Origin: Eledone cirrhosa
Taxonomy: Eukaryota
Direction of reading: 5' to 3'
Length of the DNA: 64,000 bases
Assembly (NCBI GenBank): GCA_964016885.1
Contig: OZ024741.1
Span: forward strand, 368,032,001 to 368,096,000
Positions 36,416 through 49,895 of this stretch are shown in pieces. The notes beneath the pieces were generated by a model that saw nothing but the letters and a program-made list of their open reading frames with translations, made no database searches and was not told the origin of the DNA. Positions within the stretch are counted from its first letter, which is position 1. Every line of letters starts with the position of its first letter. A program made the translations under genes and the position numbers.

Positions 36416-36539
36416 AACCAGTAAGACCCCGACGGCTGAGCTCAAGCCGTTTCGACGGCTAATTCTGGACTAAAATTTAGTCCAGAATTAGCCGTTGAAA
36501 CGGCTTGAGCTCAGCCGTCGGGGTCTTACTGGTTCCTAT
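36411..36539. repeat. near-perfect palindrome, 64-bp arms, 1-nt spacer
   Basis: 36411-36474 vs 36476-36539 with a single mismatch. Confidence 0.95.
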
Positions 36540-36615
36540 TACCCACTCTACTACCCCAAGTATTGAGTACTTTGGTGCGTTATGGTCCACCTGGTTCCTT
36601 ACCACATTTCCTTCG

Positions 36616-36655
<40 letters not shown>

Positions 36656-38519
36656 GTGCTAATATGAAATTTATTGAAATAGTTTGTTGTTGTTTATTTG
36701 TCATTTTAATTTTCAAGGGAGATAACTATCTTTACTGCAGAGTTCTTTAACTTGAAAATTTTCTGAGAAATATAAAAATTATAGAACTGACTTAATGAAT
36801 CTAGCAATTCCTATGGTTCAAATCGTTTTGAACAGAGGGCGATTCTGTTAGCAGCATTCAAACATCAAATTTAAATTTCGTTGACCACACAAGAAGTATT
36901 TTGTTGATATAGTTCTGTTCCTTTCTTATATTATTTGGCTGGCTTTTAACTCTTCTGGACATTCTTCAAGAGACTATGAGGTACAGATGGTGGTACTTGT
37001 GGTATTAGGCATAAGCACAAATCATTATTCTTGAAAAATATGTCATTGCTAAAGAAATAAAATAAAGGAACACACAATCACATATATTCATTTGAAATGT
37101 GTACATCACAATGCAAAATGGCTATATTGATATTCAAACACTATAAATATTAGTTGAGAAATTCAGGTGCAGTAACCCTGGATAGAAAGGTACTTTACCT
37201 GATTTTCTTAATTGTTATTTATAAATATTGACTATTATTAGGGTCATTTTTTTTAATGCTTCCTAAGGCAACCGTTTTGATAATGTATATATGTGTGTGT
37301 ATGTGAGCGTGTGCGTGTATCATCATCATCATCATCATCACCATTTAACATCTATATTCTATGCTTTCATGGGTTAAATGAGCTGTCACCTATTGAGGCC
37401 AGACTGGTTAGATGACTACATCTTGCTCATACACTTTTGGGCTTCGTTTCTATGGCTGGATGCCCTTCCTAATTACAACTACATTACGTGTACAGGGACC
37501 ATTTTATTGTGACTCCAAAATTACCACATTATAGTGTATTTGCTCTTTGTGGATTCTCTTGCTGCTACCTGTTTTGTTTTTTTTTAAGTTGGCAGCATCA
37601 GATGATTCTTTCTTGCTGTCCTCTTTAGATGTGGATATATATATATAAAGTGAATTGGCAGAGTCGTTAAGACATCGGATAGAATGCTTTATGGTATTTG
37701 TCCCACCTCATTGTGCGCTCTGAGTTCAAATCCCACCCTGGTCAACTTTGCCTTTCATCCTTTCGAGGTCGATAAAAAAAATTACCAGTCCAGCACTGGG
37801 GTTGATTCTTCCTCTATAGTTCAGACCTGGAGAGGGTTGAGCCCTGCCAGGCTTAAGAGTGCCCTAGACATACCGTGTGATGGTACCTCTACAACTCCAC
37901 AAAGAGTTATGGGATCTTTATTCTATATATCTATTAGAATGGGTGTTTAAAGCACCATTGTACTTAAAATATTCAAACATTAAATGAATAAGCACTCAAT
38001 ACATGTAAGTAGGGTGTCAATTTTGTTTTCTGAAGAGAAAAGTGCCAGTCACGTCGAAGTTTCAGCTTGGTAGCTTCATCTGCATTTGTGTGAGTGTGTG
38101 TGTGTGTTAATCTCTCATCAATTTTTGTTATTAAAATGATTTACATTTTATGGCAATTCTTCCCAAATTTTTACTGTTCTTAATTCTGACAAATTGAAGG
38201 ATTTTTACTTCATCTCTAGACTAAAAGAAATGTATGGGTTTAGTTTTTCCTTGTGTGTTTGTGAATGTATCTGTATGTGTGTGACTGTATGTATGTGTGA
38301 ATGTGTTTAATTGGGAATGTCTAGGGGTTTGTATTTGTGTATGTCTGAATGTTTATGTATTTGTGTATGTATGAATGTTAGTATGTATGGATGTTTGTAT
38401 GTGTGAATGAGTGATGTAAAATTTTACTGATGGTATGAAATTTTTCCTGTTTGTATGAATGTGTCTGTGTGTCTGTGAGTAAGTGATGTTTTGCTTACAT
38501 TTGTGACTATCTCTTGTAG

Positions 38520-38635
38520 CTACAACTCAGCTAACGACATCTTCTTCTGAAGAATCTCAAGCATTGTTACATCAGCACCCTTCTCTGGATATTCCACACA
38601 AAGTGCTGTATCGTTCAGTAACTATGGACCAGTAA
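38520..38635 (+). CDS. candidate alternative terminal coding exon of PLEKHD1-like gene
   Basis: ctatctcttgtag acceptor; phase-1 compatible; open 38 codons (T)TTQLTTSSSEESQALLHQHPSLDIPHKVLYRSVTMDQ* in non-repetitive sequence. Confidence 0.45.
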
Positions 38636-39269
38636 AAATGTTTCAGGTACATAGTCAAGTACCGAATCATGCTTCTTCTTTACACATAGTTTCAGTTGTC
38701 TTTCTTACACTCATCTTATCCAGTTAGAAAGAATTTCACAAAAATAGTATTGGTATGAATCAACATGCACTTCCATGTTATGTGCACAGTCTAATATATA
38801 TATATACATTTTTGATCACTGACAAAATTTAACTAATTGCAGCTACTTTAGAGTTAAATTAATTCTTTTCTACTACATCCTGCATGAAATTACTTAGATT
38901 AATCAATTAGTTAAATTTTCCCTTAATTATTATTAGTTTTGTAGGTTTGTTTGTTTATTTGTTTTATGTTAGTTTTTATTTTATTTTTTTGGTTTTGTTG
39001 TCCCATCCCATTCTTTAGTCCAGTGTCTTTAGTATGGATGATAGAAACTTGAGGATATCTCTATAATGTGTTTAGTATGGATGATAGATATTTTGAAAGA
39101 TCTTCACAATGTGTCTATTATGTATGGTAGATACATGGAGAGGTTTTCTTTCCAATGTCTTTAGAGTAGCTGCACAATTTGTTATGCTTTGCACATCAGT
39201 TATATGTCTAGATGTTACCTACATATTTAAAATAGCATTAAGTACTCTTTCTCCTGTTTGTACATCCAA

Positions 39270-39352
<83 letters not shown>

Positions 39353-42300
39353 AAGAGCTTTTCCCTTCAAATTCATTATTATCAACCTCATAATCATCAT
39401 CAATCTCATCATCGTCAACTTAAATTTGATCATTATTGTAGGATAGAACAAATACTTTATATTATGAAGCGAGATGCATTAGCATCAGTGATCACTTGTC
39501 ATTGAATTGTAAGAGAAACTTAATCCTTTAGCATTTAAACTGGCTGTATCCAGCCAGAATTCTCTCACCTCTTTCTGTTGAAACCGGCCGTAATCGGCTG
39601 CTCATACTTATGTTAATGTATTGTTCTTAAAATAAATAATATCAAAATCTTGTAAATTTGATATTATGTGGGATAATTATATGAGATAAAGTGTTTACCA
39701 TGAAAATACAATAGTAAATATAGAGTAATCATCATCATCATCATCGTTTAACGTCTATCTTCCACTCTAGCATTGGTTTAGACGGATAATGTAAATGTTA
39801 AAGGGTTAGCCTTTACCACAAAAATACAATAGTAAATATAGAGTAATGTAAATGCTAAAGGGTTAATGTACATATTCCTAAAAGATTATGCACAATTATA
39901 TTCAGTAAATAAAATCAGCCCAGTAAAAATGAAATTTAAGTTGACGATGATGAAATTAAAGTTTAACAAGATTGAGATTTCCGATTACAAGACTGAGTTT
40001 GATGTTGTTGTGGTTAAGATGGATAATAATGAATTTGAGAAGGAAACTGTGTGTGTGCATATACATACATACATATACACACACATGCACATATGGTAAA
40101 ATAATTTTAAACAATAGAGAAATCAATACAAAGATATAGTAGAGACTAACAATTTTGTTCAAAATATCTAGATAAACCATATATATATGTGTGTGTGTAT
40201 ATGTGAGTGTGTATTACATCTACATATTACATATATATGTGTGTGTGTATTACATCTGTATATTACATATATATATGTGTGTGTATTACATCTACATATT
40301 AGTCCCACCCTTGCAAGCAGGGAAAAGCGGACGTAAAATGATGATGATGATTATATTTATATACATATGTGTGTGTGTGAATTACATTGTATGTTACACA
40401 TACATATATATATATACGTATGTGTGTATTACATTGTATATTATATATGTATGTGTGTGTGTATTACATCTACATACTATATATATATATATATATGTGT
40501 GTATGTATGTATGTATGTATGTATGTATGTATGTATGTGTGTTAAGGATTATCTCTTTAGTTTACCAACCATGAAACTACTATAATTTTTTCATTATTTC
40601 AACAGCTTTACCCTACATTTTGGGTTCATAAATATTTTTCTCCCACTACCTTTGTGAACTTTTCATTCAATTTTCTTTTTTCTCCCCCTTTTTTTTTTGT
40701 TCCTCACTTTTTTTTGTTGTTATCCCAGCATAAATTTTAGCTTTTTATCCTTGTGTTTTTGTTATCCTTGCTTTTTTCATTAATCTTTGATTTTAAAAAA
40801 AAGGAAACATTTTTTATTTATTTATCTTATTTTTCTATAAATGTATCTTGACTGTCCTTTCAGTCATTTCCTGGTCACTCTACTTCATTGGATTTAATCC
40901 CAACATCTTTATTACTTTAACCCTCTTCAGTGTTTGCTATCAAGGTAGAACACCAGCTATAATCTGGGAAGGCAGAATTACTACACCTACATCTATTAGC
41001 CATATTTATGTCAGGAGTTGCTAAATATGAGCAATGCAATAGAAACATAGTTTCTTTGGTCTGATTTGATGATCGGTTTCTTTCTATTTCTATTTATTTT
41101 TTATATTTAAATAGAAACTGTGCAGTGGTCTGTTGTGTGTGTGTGTGTGTTTGATTAATTGATTGATTGATTGATAAAATCAGTACCAGATATGTAAAAA
41201 ATAAGTATTGGGAATGATATGATCGACTGAATCCTTTCAGAGTTGTGCCCCAGTATGGCCATAGTCTAATGACTGAAACAAGTAAAAGAATAAAAGAAAG
41301 TCATGTAATGGGGTCAGATTAATTAATTAACCCTTTCTCTCAAATCCATGACCTTGTGTCTATGTTAGAAACATTATTTCGACACCTTAATTGTCCTAAT
41401 GTATTTAAATTTTCTTTTCTTTTTATGTCTAAATAATATTTCTGTTTTAATCTGCAATATTTCTTGTTTATATATTATTTAATTTTTCTTCTTTGCTCAT
41501 ATACATATCACATGTTTGTATGCTTTAAATATAATTGTTTCTACTTTAAATATAATGAAATATATTTTCATGTATAAAATTTATTAATTTTCTAAAATGG
41601 TGTCTATATTTATTGAATACCATGTTTTTAATGAAACACACTGCCTATGATTTTCAAATAGTTTTGAAAATAATCAATGAATTTGGAGAAATTTTAGTAA
41701 TATAACTAGCTTTCTCAATACTACATTGGTGTTTTAGCAGTGAATTTGGCAAAGTTGGACAAAGGGTTAACAGTATTTACTTTCTGAGTTGATATAATTG
41801 ACTTTCCATTCCCTCCAAAAATTGCTGGTCTTGTGCCTAAATTAGAAATCATTATGTTGGTGTTTGGAATATAATTTAACAAAACTTCTTACATAAAATT
41901 ATGATGGAAAGTTTTTAGATAAATATAAATACTTTAAAATACACAGCTTTATATCATTAGAACCAGGGCAGCTTCAGGTAAGTTGGCATCAAAAGGGTTA
42001 AATATGATGAAATATTTTTTCATTCTAAATTGGTGTCATCTGTAGTTTCCAAATGCTTTAAATTTTGAATCAATATTGTTTCATAATATTTCTTCCATCT
42101 TATAAAACCCTTTTGATACCAACACATCTGCCTCTAGTTCTATAATACAAAGTCATTTATTTTTAAATGTTAATGATTAAATCTAAACCTTTCATCATAG
42201 CTTCATGTAAGAAATCTTTGTTTTGTTTCAAATACCAACTTAATCATGAAAAAGTTAGTTATTTTACAAAATTACCTTCAAATTCTTCATTAATTTTCAA

Positions 42301-43060
42301 AATTAATAGAAAATCTTATGCAGTGTCTTTCATTGAAAATATGGTAATCGAAAGGTTAAACATTCCTTGAATTAACAACAAAACATTTTCTTCTCTCATC
42401 CTAAAATATTATTGTTATTGTTGTCACCATGTTTTACACCAGTCTCATCTTAGAACCACAAAGGGTTCTATAAATTTAAAGGTTTGGGGGAAGCATATTC
42501 ACTTGTCTGTTAACTCTTAACATCCTGAAATGGTTTAGTAGATAATATCTAAAAACAGGTTTGTTCATTTAAATGTTTATGGTGTCTTTATTAGTGGAAA
42601 GATCATTGAAAATTTGCTGTGTTAAAGACTTTAATTTTTAATCTGATGTAATCATTGTACTATTTCATACTTCTCAAGAATGTCTTACTACTGGTATTGG
42701 GCTTTGAGTTAATGTCACTGTTATGATAGGCGGAGACTTAGGGAATATTACAAATTAAACTGTAATATTTATTTATAACAAGGCTGTGAAATAGTACCAT
42801 TTCTAGATAACATACAGATGAAATATACTTGAGATTTTAATTAAAACATATATTTGGCTACATATGATGAATCCTGAACATCCAGCTCGTAAGTTGATGT
42901 GTAAATAGTTGAGTATTTCACAGATACATGTTGCCAAGCTAAATCAGCATTACACAATATATGACAAGGCTGGACCTTTGGAGTACAATCCATCTAATGA
43001 GCATCCTACCTTCATGTAATAGGGCTGCAAAATGTTACCAAACATATACATTAAATATAA

Positions 43061-43104
<44 letters not shown>

Positions 43105-43318
43105 TAAATTCAGCGAGAATCGCATTTCAGCGGGTAGAAAAAGCGAAACGTAACGCAAATTCAGAGTCATGCTGGCAAGTGCTCCATAGTTTAAAAAACT
43201 AGAGCTATAAACATATGTTATAAACGCTATACAAACTGAGAAGGCAGTCAAGAAGGCATAAACCACCTAAGCCAAAAAAGAAGTCAAGCTAAACAGGTCA
43301 GACAAAATAAATGATAAA

Positions 43319-43386
<68 letters not shown>

Positions 43387-43675
43387 TATATATAACAAAC
43401 CTGGACCCATTGGAATTGATGGTAAAATCCAATGCAGGGTTTCTATGACATCTAAATCAATAATACTGTCTGCTTAAAACTATAAGCTTTTGGTATAATG
43501 ATCGAACAAGGAATATCACTTTATCAACAGGTATTTTGTTCTGTGCCAGTGTTGTGAATGACGTAGTGTTTTGTAAAAGCACATGTGTAACTCACAAGGA
43601 GGAAAACCCCAGATTTTGGCAAATGAATTCAGTATGTGTAAATCATGCAAAAAATTGCATAAATAGCACAAATCG

Positions 43676-43730
<55 letters not shown>

Positions 43731-43732
<2 letters not shown>

Positions 43733-44095
43733 TCCAATGGATGTGCAACGTCAATGTGCGTTAACGACCAAGCATAGACGAGTTGAGAGTGAAACAGTTT
43801 ATAAGAGGGATAAACTGTAGTATTTGGGAGAGAAGATTGCATTGGTATGGACATGTGATGCGCATGGAGGATGACCACTGGGTAAAGAAGTGCCAAGAAA
43901 TTCCAGTGGAAGGAAGACGCTGTAGAGGAAGACCATGAAAATCATGGGTGAGAGCTGACCTCAGATCACTGAAGCTCACAGAGGAGATGACGAAGGACTG
44001 TGACAAATGGAGAGATGCTGCGCTAAAAAGGACCCGTCCCACCCTTGCAAGCAAGGAAATGCGGGCGTAAAATGATGATGATTATGATGATGATT
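43731..44095 (+). mobile_element. 5'-truncated RTE LINE, second subfamily
   Basis: Decayed LQWMCNV...ERRLHWYGHVMRMEDDHWVKKC...RGRP; short 3'UTR with (GAT)n tail; tail-only pieces at ~36336-36380 and ~40302-40350. Confidence 0.85.
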
Positions 44096-44617
44096 ATATA
44101 TATATTATAAAATCTTTGTGTACTTTGTAAAATAGGCTGTTAAATCTTTTGCAGATAAAAGTGTATTAGTTTGCAATACAATGGCTACTGAGATTTAGTT
44201 GGTAGGTAAATATCCAGACAATACAAATACCTTAATATCATATTGGGGTTTTACTTTTGAATAACTTTAAACGATATATATGGTGGAGGGTTTACTGATA
44301 TGGCTTTCATTATAGCTTTTTTGTTGTTGTTTATTATTGTTCTTCTCTTTCCAGTCTTTTTCTGGTAATTATCATTAAAATAATAAGTTTAATCACTAAC
44401 TTTGAAAATCTTGTAATGCTTCAGCTGAAATATCTAAAAACAGATTTGTTAATTCAAATGTTTACAGTATATTTACTACTGGCCAAATCTTTGTGAACAT
44501 TTCAGTATTAGAGCAAAGACATTCATTTTGAATGTGAAGTTGTCATAATGCTGGTACTTCTCAAAATTGTTTTGCTAAAGGATGTTAAGAATTTAACCAA
44601 TATTTTTCAAAGAATAC

Positions 44618-44657
<40 letters not shown>

Positions 44658-44684
44658 GTTAATTATATATTTTTCAAAGAATAC

Positions 44685-44726
<42 letters not shown>

Positions 44727-45004
44727 GTTAATTATCATTAAGGTAATATAGGTTTGATCGCTGATATTCTGGCAACCTTATGACCAGGCCATTGCTTTAT
44801 TACAAACTAGAGAAAACAAACCTAAATTTATGAAGTAAATATCTAATCAAAATATACATATGCATTACACACGATGATTCGTGATTGTAGGTGTATAAAT
44901 GACAACAAACCTTTACTGGTGTGGTGACTCCATATTTGTGGTAGAGTCATATTTGTTATATGTCAGTTGACTGGTACTTGACAACAACAGCCAACATAAT
45001 TAGC

Positions 45005-45517
45005 CAGGGTCGGACCTATACTTTCCAGCATAGTTACGTCCTTTTACGGTCTGAGTTCAAATCCTGTTGAGGTTAACTTTGCCTTTCATCCTTACGGGGT
45101 CGATAAAATAAAGTACCAGTAATGTACTGAGTAATTGCTGGCCTTGTGCCAAAAGTAGAAACAATTATTTTGAAATGTTAAATGGCGGTGGATTGGCAGT
45201 ATCAGTAGAGCGTCAGACACCATGCTTTGCAACATAGAGTTGCGGTCCTTTATGTTCTGAATTCAACCCCATCGAGGTTAACTTTGCTTTCATCCTTACA
45301 GGGTTGATAAAATATAATATAATATAATATTGTGGATTGGCAGTATCGGTAGTGGGTCGGACGCCATGCTTTCCAGCATAGTTACGTCCCTTTACGGTCT
45401 GAGTTCAAATCCCGCCGAGGTTGACTTTGCCTTTCATCCTTACGGGGTCGATAAAATAAAGCACCAGTAATGCACTGGGATAATTGCTGGCTTTATGCCA
45501 AATGTAAAAATAATTAT
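45005..45517 (+). mobile_element. three head-to-tail copies of SINE family A
   Basis: Copies at ~45005-45168, 45183-45312, 45332-45517. Confidence 0.85.
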
Positions 45518-45944
45518 TTTCAAATGTTATATGTATTTAGAGGGCCTCTTTTTCTTTTCTTTTCTCTTAAGCACCCTGTTTCAGATTATAAGACTGGAAC
45601 CTGAGAAGGGCCAAAAATTTAATTTTATTTATTATTAGACATAAAATGTTTTGCATAAACCCTTTCATTACCATATTTCTAATGAAAGACTGCCTCACTG
45701 TTTCAAATATTTTTTTTAAATAATCAAGTTTTTGGAGGGATTTAGTAATATAACTAACTTCCTCCTTATTAAGCCAATGTTTAGAGCATAACTTAACAAA
45801 ACTTCTTCTATAGAAGGGTTTTAGATAAATATAAACATTTTAAAACAAATAGTTTTGTATCATAGAACCAGAGGCAGTATCTGGTGGTTGGTATTGTTAA
45901 TAGATAAAACATATCTTATGGTTTTTGTATCCTATCCTGGTTTA

Positions 45945-46755
45945 TAATAATAATGAAATTATTGTGTACAGTGCTCAGGTGCACTACAACTCATCAAAGG
46001 TGCATGTATAGTACATAGAATAATGTACAAATGTCAGGAAAATAAACAGTGTATGAGTCATGATATAATAACAATAACAATAATGAAATATTGTGCACAG
46101 TGCCCAGGTGCACCACAACCCATCAAAAAAGTGCATGTACAGTACATAGGGCAATGCACAAACATCAGTAAAATGAACAGTGCACACATGTGTGCATGTG
46201 TATGGAAGGGGCACATCAGGTGTAGTTTTGGCGTATTTCGGGAAGCATGAGTGTCTTAAAGGATGCAGTGTCTCGGCAGCTAACAATTGACGCAGGCAGT
46301 TCCATGCTTCAGCAACTCTGAGCGTGAAAAAATGTCTGCGAAAGTCATGGGAGCTGTGCTGTTTTCTTATCTTGTAGGCATGTCCACGTGTGTTAGACAC
46401 ATGGAGATCAAAGAGGCGCTCAGGGTTGCAGTTGGCGAGATGGTTAAAAACTTTGTGGGTATTCACCAAGTCCATTGCCAGACGTCGGAGCTTCAATGAA
46501 TCCATGCCCAGGGAAGCAAGGCGTTCAGAGTATGGTAGGTGTCTGATGGAGGGTATGCGCTTGGTTGCACGTCTCTGAACAGTTTCCAGGAGGTCAATGT
46601 TCCAAGCAAGATAGGGGTTCCAGACTGATGATGCGAATTCCAAGTGTGGTCGCACCATAGCTGTATACAGTTTTAAATAGATGGCTGGAGAGCGGCTAAC
46701 AAAGGTCTTGCTGAGTGATGCCAAGACACCCTCGGCCTTCTTGACAATCTTAGAT
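45945..46755 (-). mobile_element. CR1-clade LINE 3' fragment with duplicated 3'UTR
   Basis: ORF 45984-46724 (LYTAMVRPHLEFASSVWNPY...); two tandem 3'UTR/(ATT)n ends. Confidence 0.9.
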
Positions 46756-47072
46756 CAGTTTGATGATATACTGGACAATATTACACCATAATTCTACTGG
46801 GCATTGCAGGATGAATTTAATTGAAACAAGAAAAGTTCTCATTTTTAAGTAAGATATTGTATATCTACCAACTATTCCAACTTTAATGCAAAACATTTAA
46901 AGTCAAATAATAAAAATTAACTTTTACTTTAATCAGTTTCCATTCTTATTTATATTATATATATATACACATATGCATGTATGTATATATGTAGACACAC
47001 ACACGCGCATATATATATATGTATATAGTAATAATAAATACAAAGACCAAAAACCGAAGCGGACTTGATATT

Positions 47073-47337
47073 TAGGTGTTACTTCTGCATGGTGATTTTA
47101 TGTCCAAAGAATGCTCTACCGAAGGACCGAAATAGTAGTAATAATTGTTTCTAATTTAGGCACTAGGCCAGCAATTTTGGAGGAGGGGAAAATCAATTAA
47201 ATCAACCCCAGTGCATTACTGGTGCTTTACTTTATTGACCCTGTAAGGATGAAAGGCAAAAAACACAACTATTACTACTATTTGACTCTTTCAATAGAGC
47301 ATTATTCGGACATAAAAATCACCATGTAGAAACAACG

Positions 47338-47341
<4 letters not shown>
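47073..47341. repeat. fold-back element with SINE A piece at centre
   Basis: ~70-bp inverted arms around 47143-47260. Confidence 0.75.
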
Positions 47342-47394
<53 letters not shown>

Positions 47395-47459
47395 AAAAGG
47401 TAAACAGAAATAACAACACAATCGGTACAGTATATGGAAGGAATATATTAGGTTAACGC

Positions 47460-47509
<50 letters not shown>

Positions 47510-48176
47510 TATTATAATATTATTATTTATTATATATATAATAAGAATGGTAAGTACAATTTCATGGCTGTAAATTCCCTTTGTAATTGGTTCCATGATC
47601 TAGTTCCAATAATTATTTGACACTGAATCCTTTATTTTACTAATGCTCTATAGGAAAGGCATGAATATGTCACTATACCTCTTTTCTGTTCTTTTATAGC
47701 TTAACAAGCTCCTACTTATAAAATCCTTATTTCAGAGATTGCCAGCATTCTCAATTTTGTGATTGTTGTTGTTGCCATTGTTGTCATTCCTGTGGTTGTC
47801 GCTGTTGTTGTCATTTTTGTTGATGTTGTTGCTATTGTTGTTGCTGTTGTGGTTGTTGTAGTGTTGTCATTGATGTTGATGTCGTTATTGCTGTTATTAC
47901 TGCATTTTTAAAAAGCTTTCCTTTTGGTTTTTGCTACAATTTTATTTTATTTTATGGTTGGTTAAAATTCTCCTCCCCACTTCACCTATTGTTTTCTTGT
48001 TCCACACCTCTCACCACCACCACCTCTTTATCTCTCAGCTTTTGTTAGCTCATGCACCTTTCAATAAAGCCTCCTCCACCTGGCCCACACACACCTTATC
48101 TTCTGGAAACGCTGTCTCCAACAATGCCAACACTGTAATCCAACTGTTTTCAGGTTCGAGGCTGTAAAATTTACAG

Positions 48177-48221
48177 GAAAATCTTCTCCTTTCAACCATA
48201 GAATCCTTGGAAATTTTCTTG
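48177..48221 (+). CDS. candidate 45-nt symmetric (phase 1-1) cassette exon
   Basis: aatttacag acceptor, TTG|gtaagt consensus donor; open frame (R)KSSPFNHRILGNFL(E). Confidence 0.35.
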
Positions 48222-48304
48222 GTAAGTCTCCATGCCATTGATGTTGTTGTTGTTATTGTTGTCATCATCTCACAGCAGCCACCATCCCTAGCATCCCTAC
48301 TATC

Positions 48305-48582
48305 AATACCAATATTGTTATGATGATGATCACCAGTATTATCAATATCATCACTATCATCACCATTATCATCACTATCGTCACAATCATCCTTATCATC
48401 ACCGTCATTATCATCATCATCATCACCACCACTATCATTGTCATTATCATTATTGCCTTTACTGCCATCATCATTACCATCACAACCATCATCATCACCA
48501 TTATCACCACTACCATCATCACCACCATCATCACATCACTATCATCATCACTACCATCATCACATCACCATCATCATCACCA
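48305..48582. repeat. degenerate (ATC/ACC)n trinucleotide tract
   Basis: Direct reading. Confidence 0.85.
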
Positions 48583-49659
48583 AAAAGCAGTGGGGTAACA
48601 AAAACAATAGATTCCTCAGATTACATTAGTTCATTCCATTCTTTTGTGCTGTGAATTCAATTCCACCTACTAGCTGATTTCATCTTTGACACCATCATGA
48701 GGTCAGTATAATAAAGTGTTTTCTTCCCCAAAATTTCTATCATCATTGTCATTATTATTGGGATGCTGAAGTGTGATGGATTGGCGGAATCGGTAGAACG
48801 TCGGACACCATGCTTTGCAGCATAGAGTTACGACCCTTTACGTTCTGAGTTCAAATCCCGCCAAAGTTAGCTTTGCCTTCCATCCTTACAGGGTCGATAA
48901 AATAAAGTACCAGTCACACACTGGAGTCAATTTAATTGACTTTCCCCTCCCTTAAAATTGTTGGCCTTGTGCCTAAATCAGAAACAATTATTGTTGGGGT
49001 GCTGGATTGGCAGTTGTTACAGCCCTCTACATTCTGCTTTTAAATCCCATCAAAGTCAACTTTTTTCCATTCTTTTGGAATCAATAAAATGAAGTACCTG
49101 TTAAATACTGACATTGATGGCCTGCAATTTCCCCTCAAATTGCAGGCCATGTGCCTAAATTAGAAGTCATTATTATTATCATTTACCTGACACGGTGGGC
49201 GATGGGTTGGCAGTATCGGTAGAGGGTTGGATGCCATGCTTTGTAGCATAGAGTTATGGCCCTTTGCGGTCAGTTCAAATTATGCCGAGGTTAACTTTGC
49301 CTTTCATCCTTATGGGGTCAATAAAATAAAGTACCAGTAAAACACTGGGATAATTGCTAGCCTTGTGCCAAAAGTAGAAACAATTATTATTTACCCGACA
49401 CAGTTCCCTGGTTTAGCTAGGTCTGCAAACATGTCATATTTCTTCTTTGTTCAGCTCTTCATTGTCCAATTGCTATATTGCGAGTTGCCAGTTTTTACCT
49501 TCTTTGGATCACATCTGCTCCATTTTCTCATCTCCATCATTATCACCACAACATTTATCATATGGCAACCACTACCACATACCATAACCACTACACCACG
49601 AAAAGTAAACCACTACATCATACACCCACCTCCACCACACAATTGCCATCACCTTCACC

Positions 49660-49895
49660 ATTGGCCTCCACCTCCACGACATGGCCTCCACCTTCACCAC
49701 ATGGCCTCCACCTTCACCACATGGCCTCCACCTTCACCACATGGCCTCCACTTTCACCACATGGCCTCCACCTCCACCATCTGGCCTCCGCCTCCACCTT
49801 CACCACATGGCTTCTACGACATGGCCATCACCTCTACTACATGATCTCCACCTCCACCATATGGCCATCACCTCCACTGCATGGCCTCCACTTCA
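49660..49895. repeat. minisatellite, ~20-bp unit
   Basis: atggcctccaccttcaccac. Confidence 0.85.

Noticed and set aside
38052-38084. Minus-strand hammerhead-like CAGATGA agct acca agct GAAAC
   Set aside because: Core has CAGA instead of CUGA and stem I and the cleavage triplet are not recoverable; at most a dead relic.
40606-40631. Tiny phase-1 terminal exon (TLPYILGS*)
   Set aside because: Too short to distinguish from chance.
43100-43321. TA-flanked CpG-containing block with gcGAAACgta
   Set aside because: No CUGANGA box found; probably a TE fragment but unclassifiable by eye.
39109-44751. Many short YIYI/VCMY/MMMI ORFs in the ORF track
   Set aside because: Translations of (TA)n, (TG)n and (ATC)n microsatellites.
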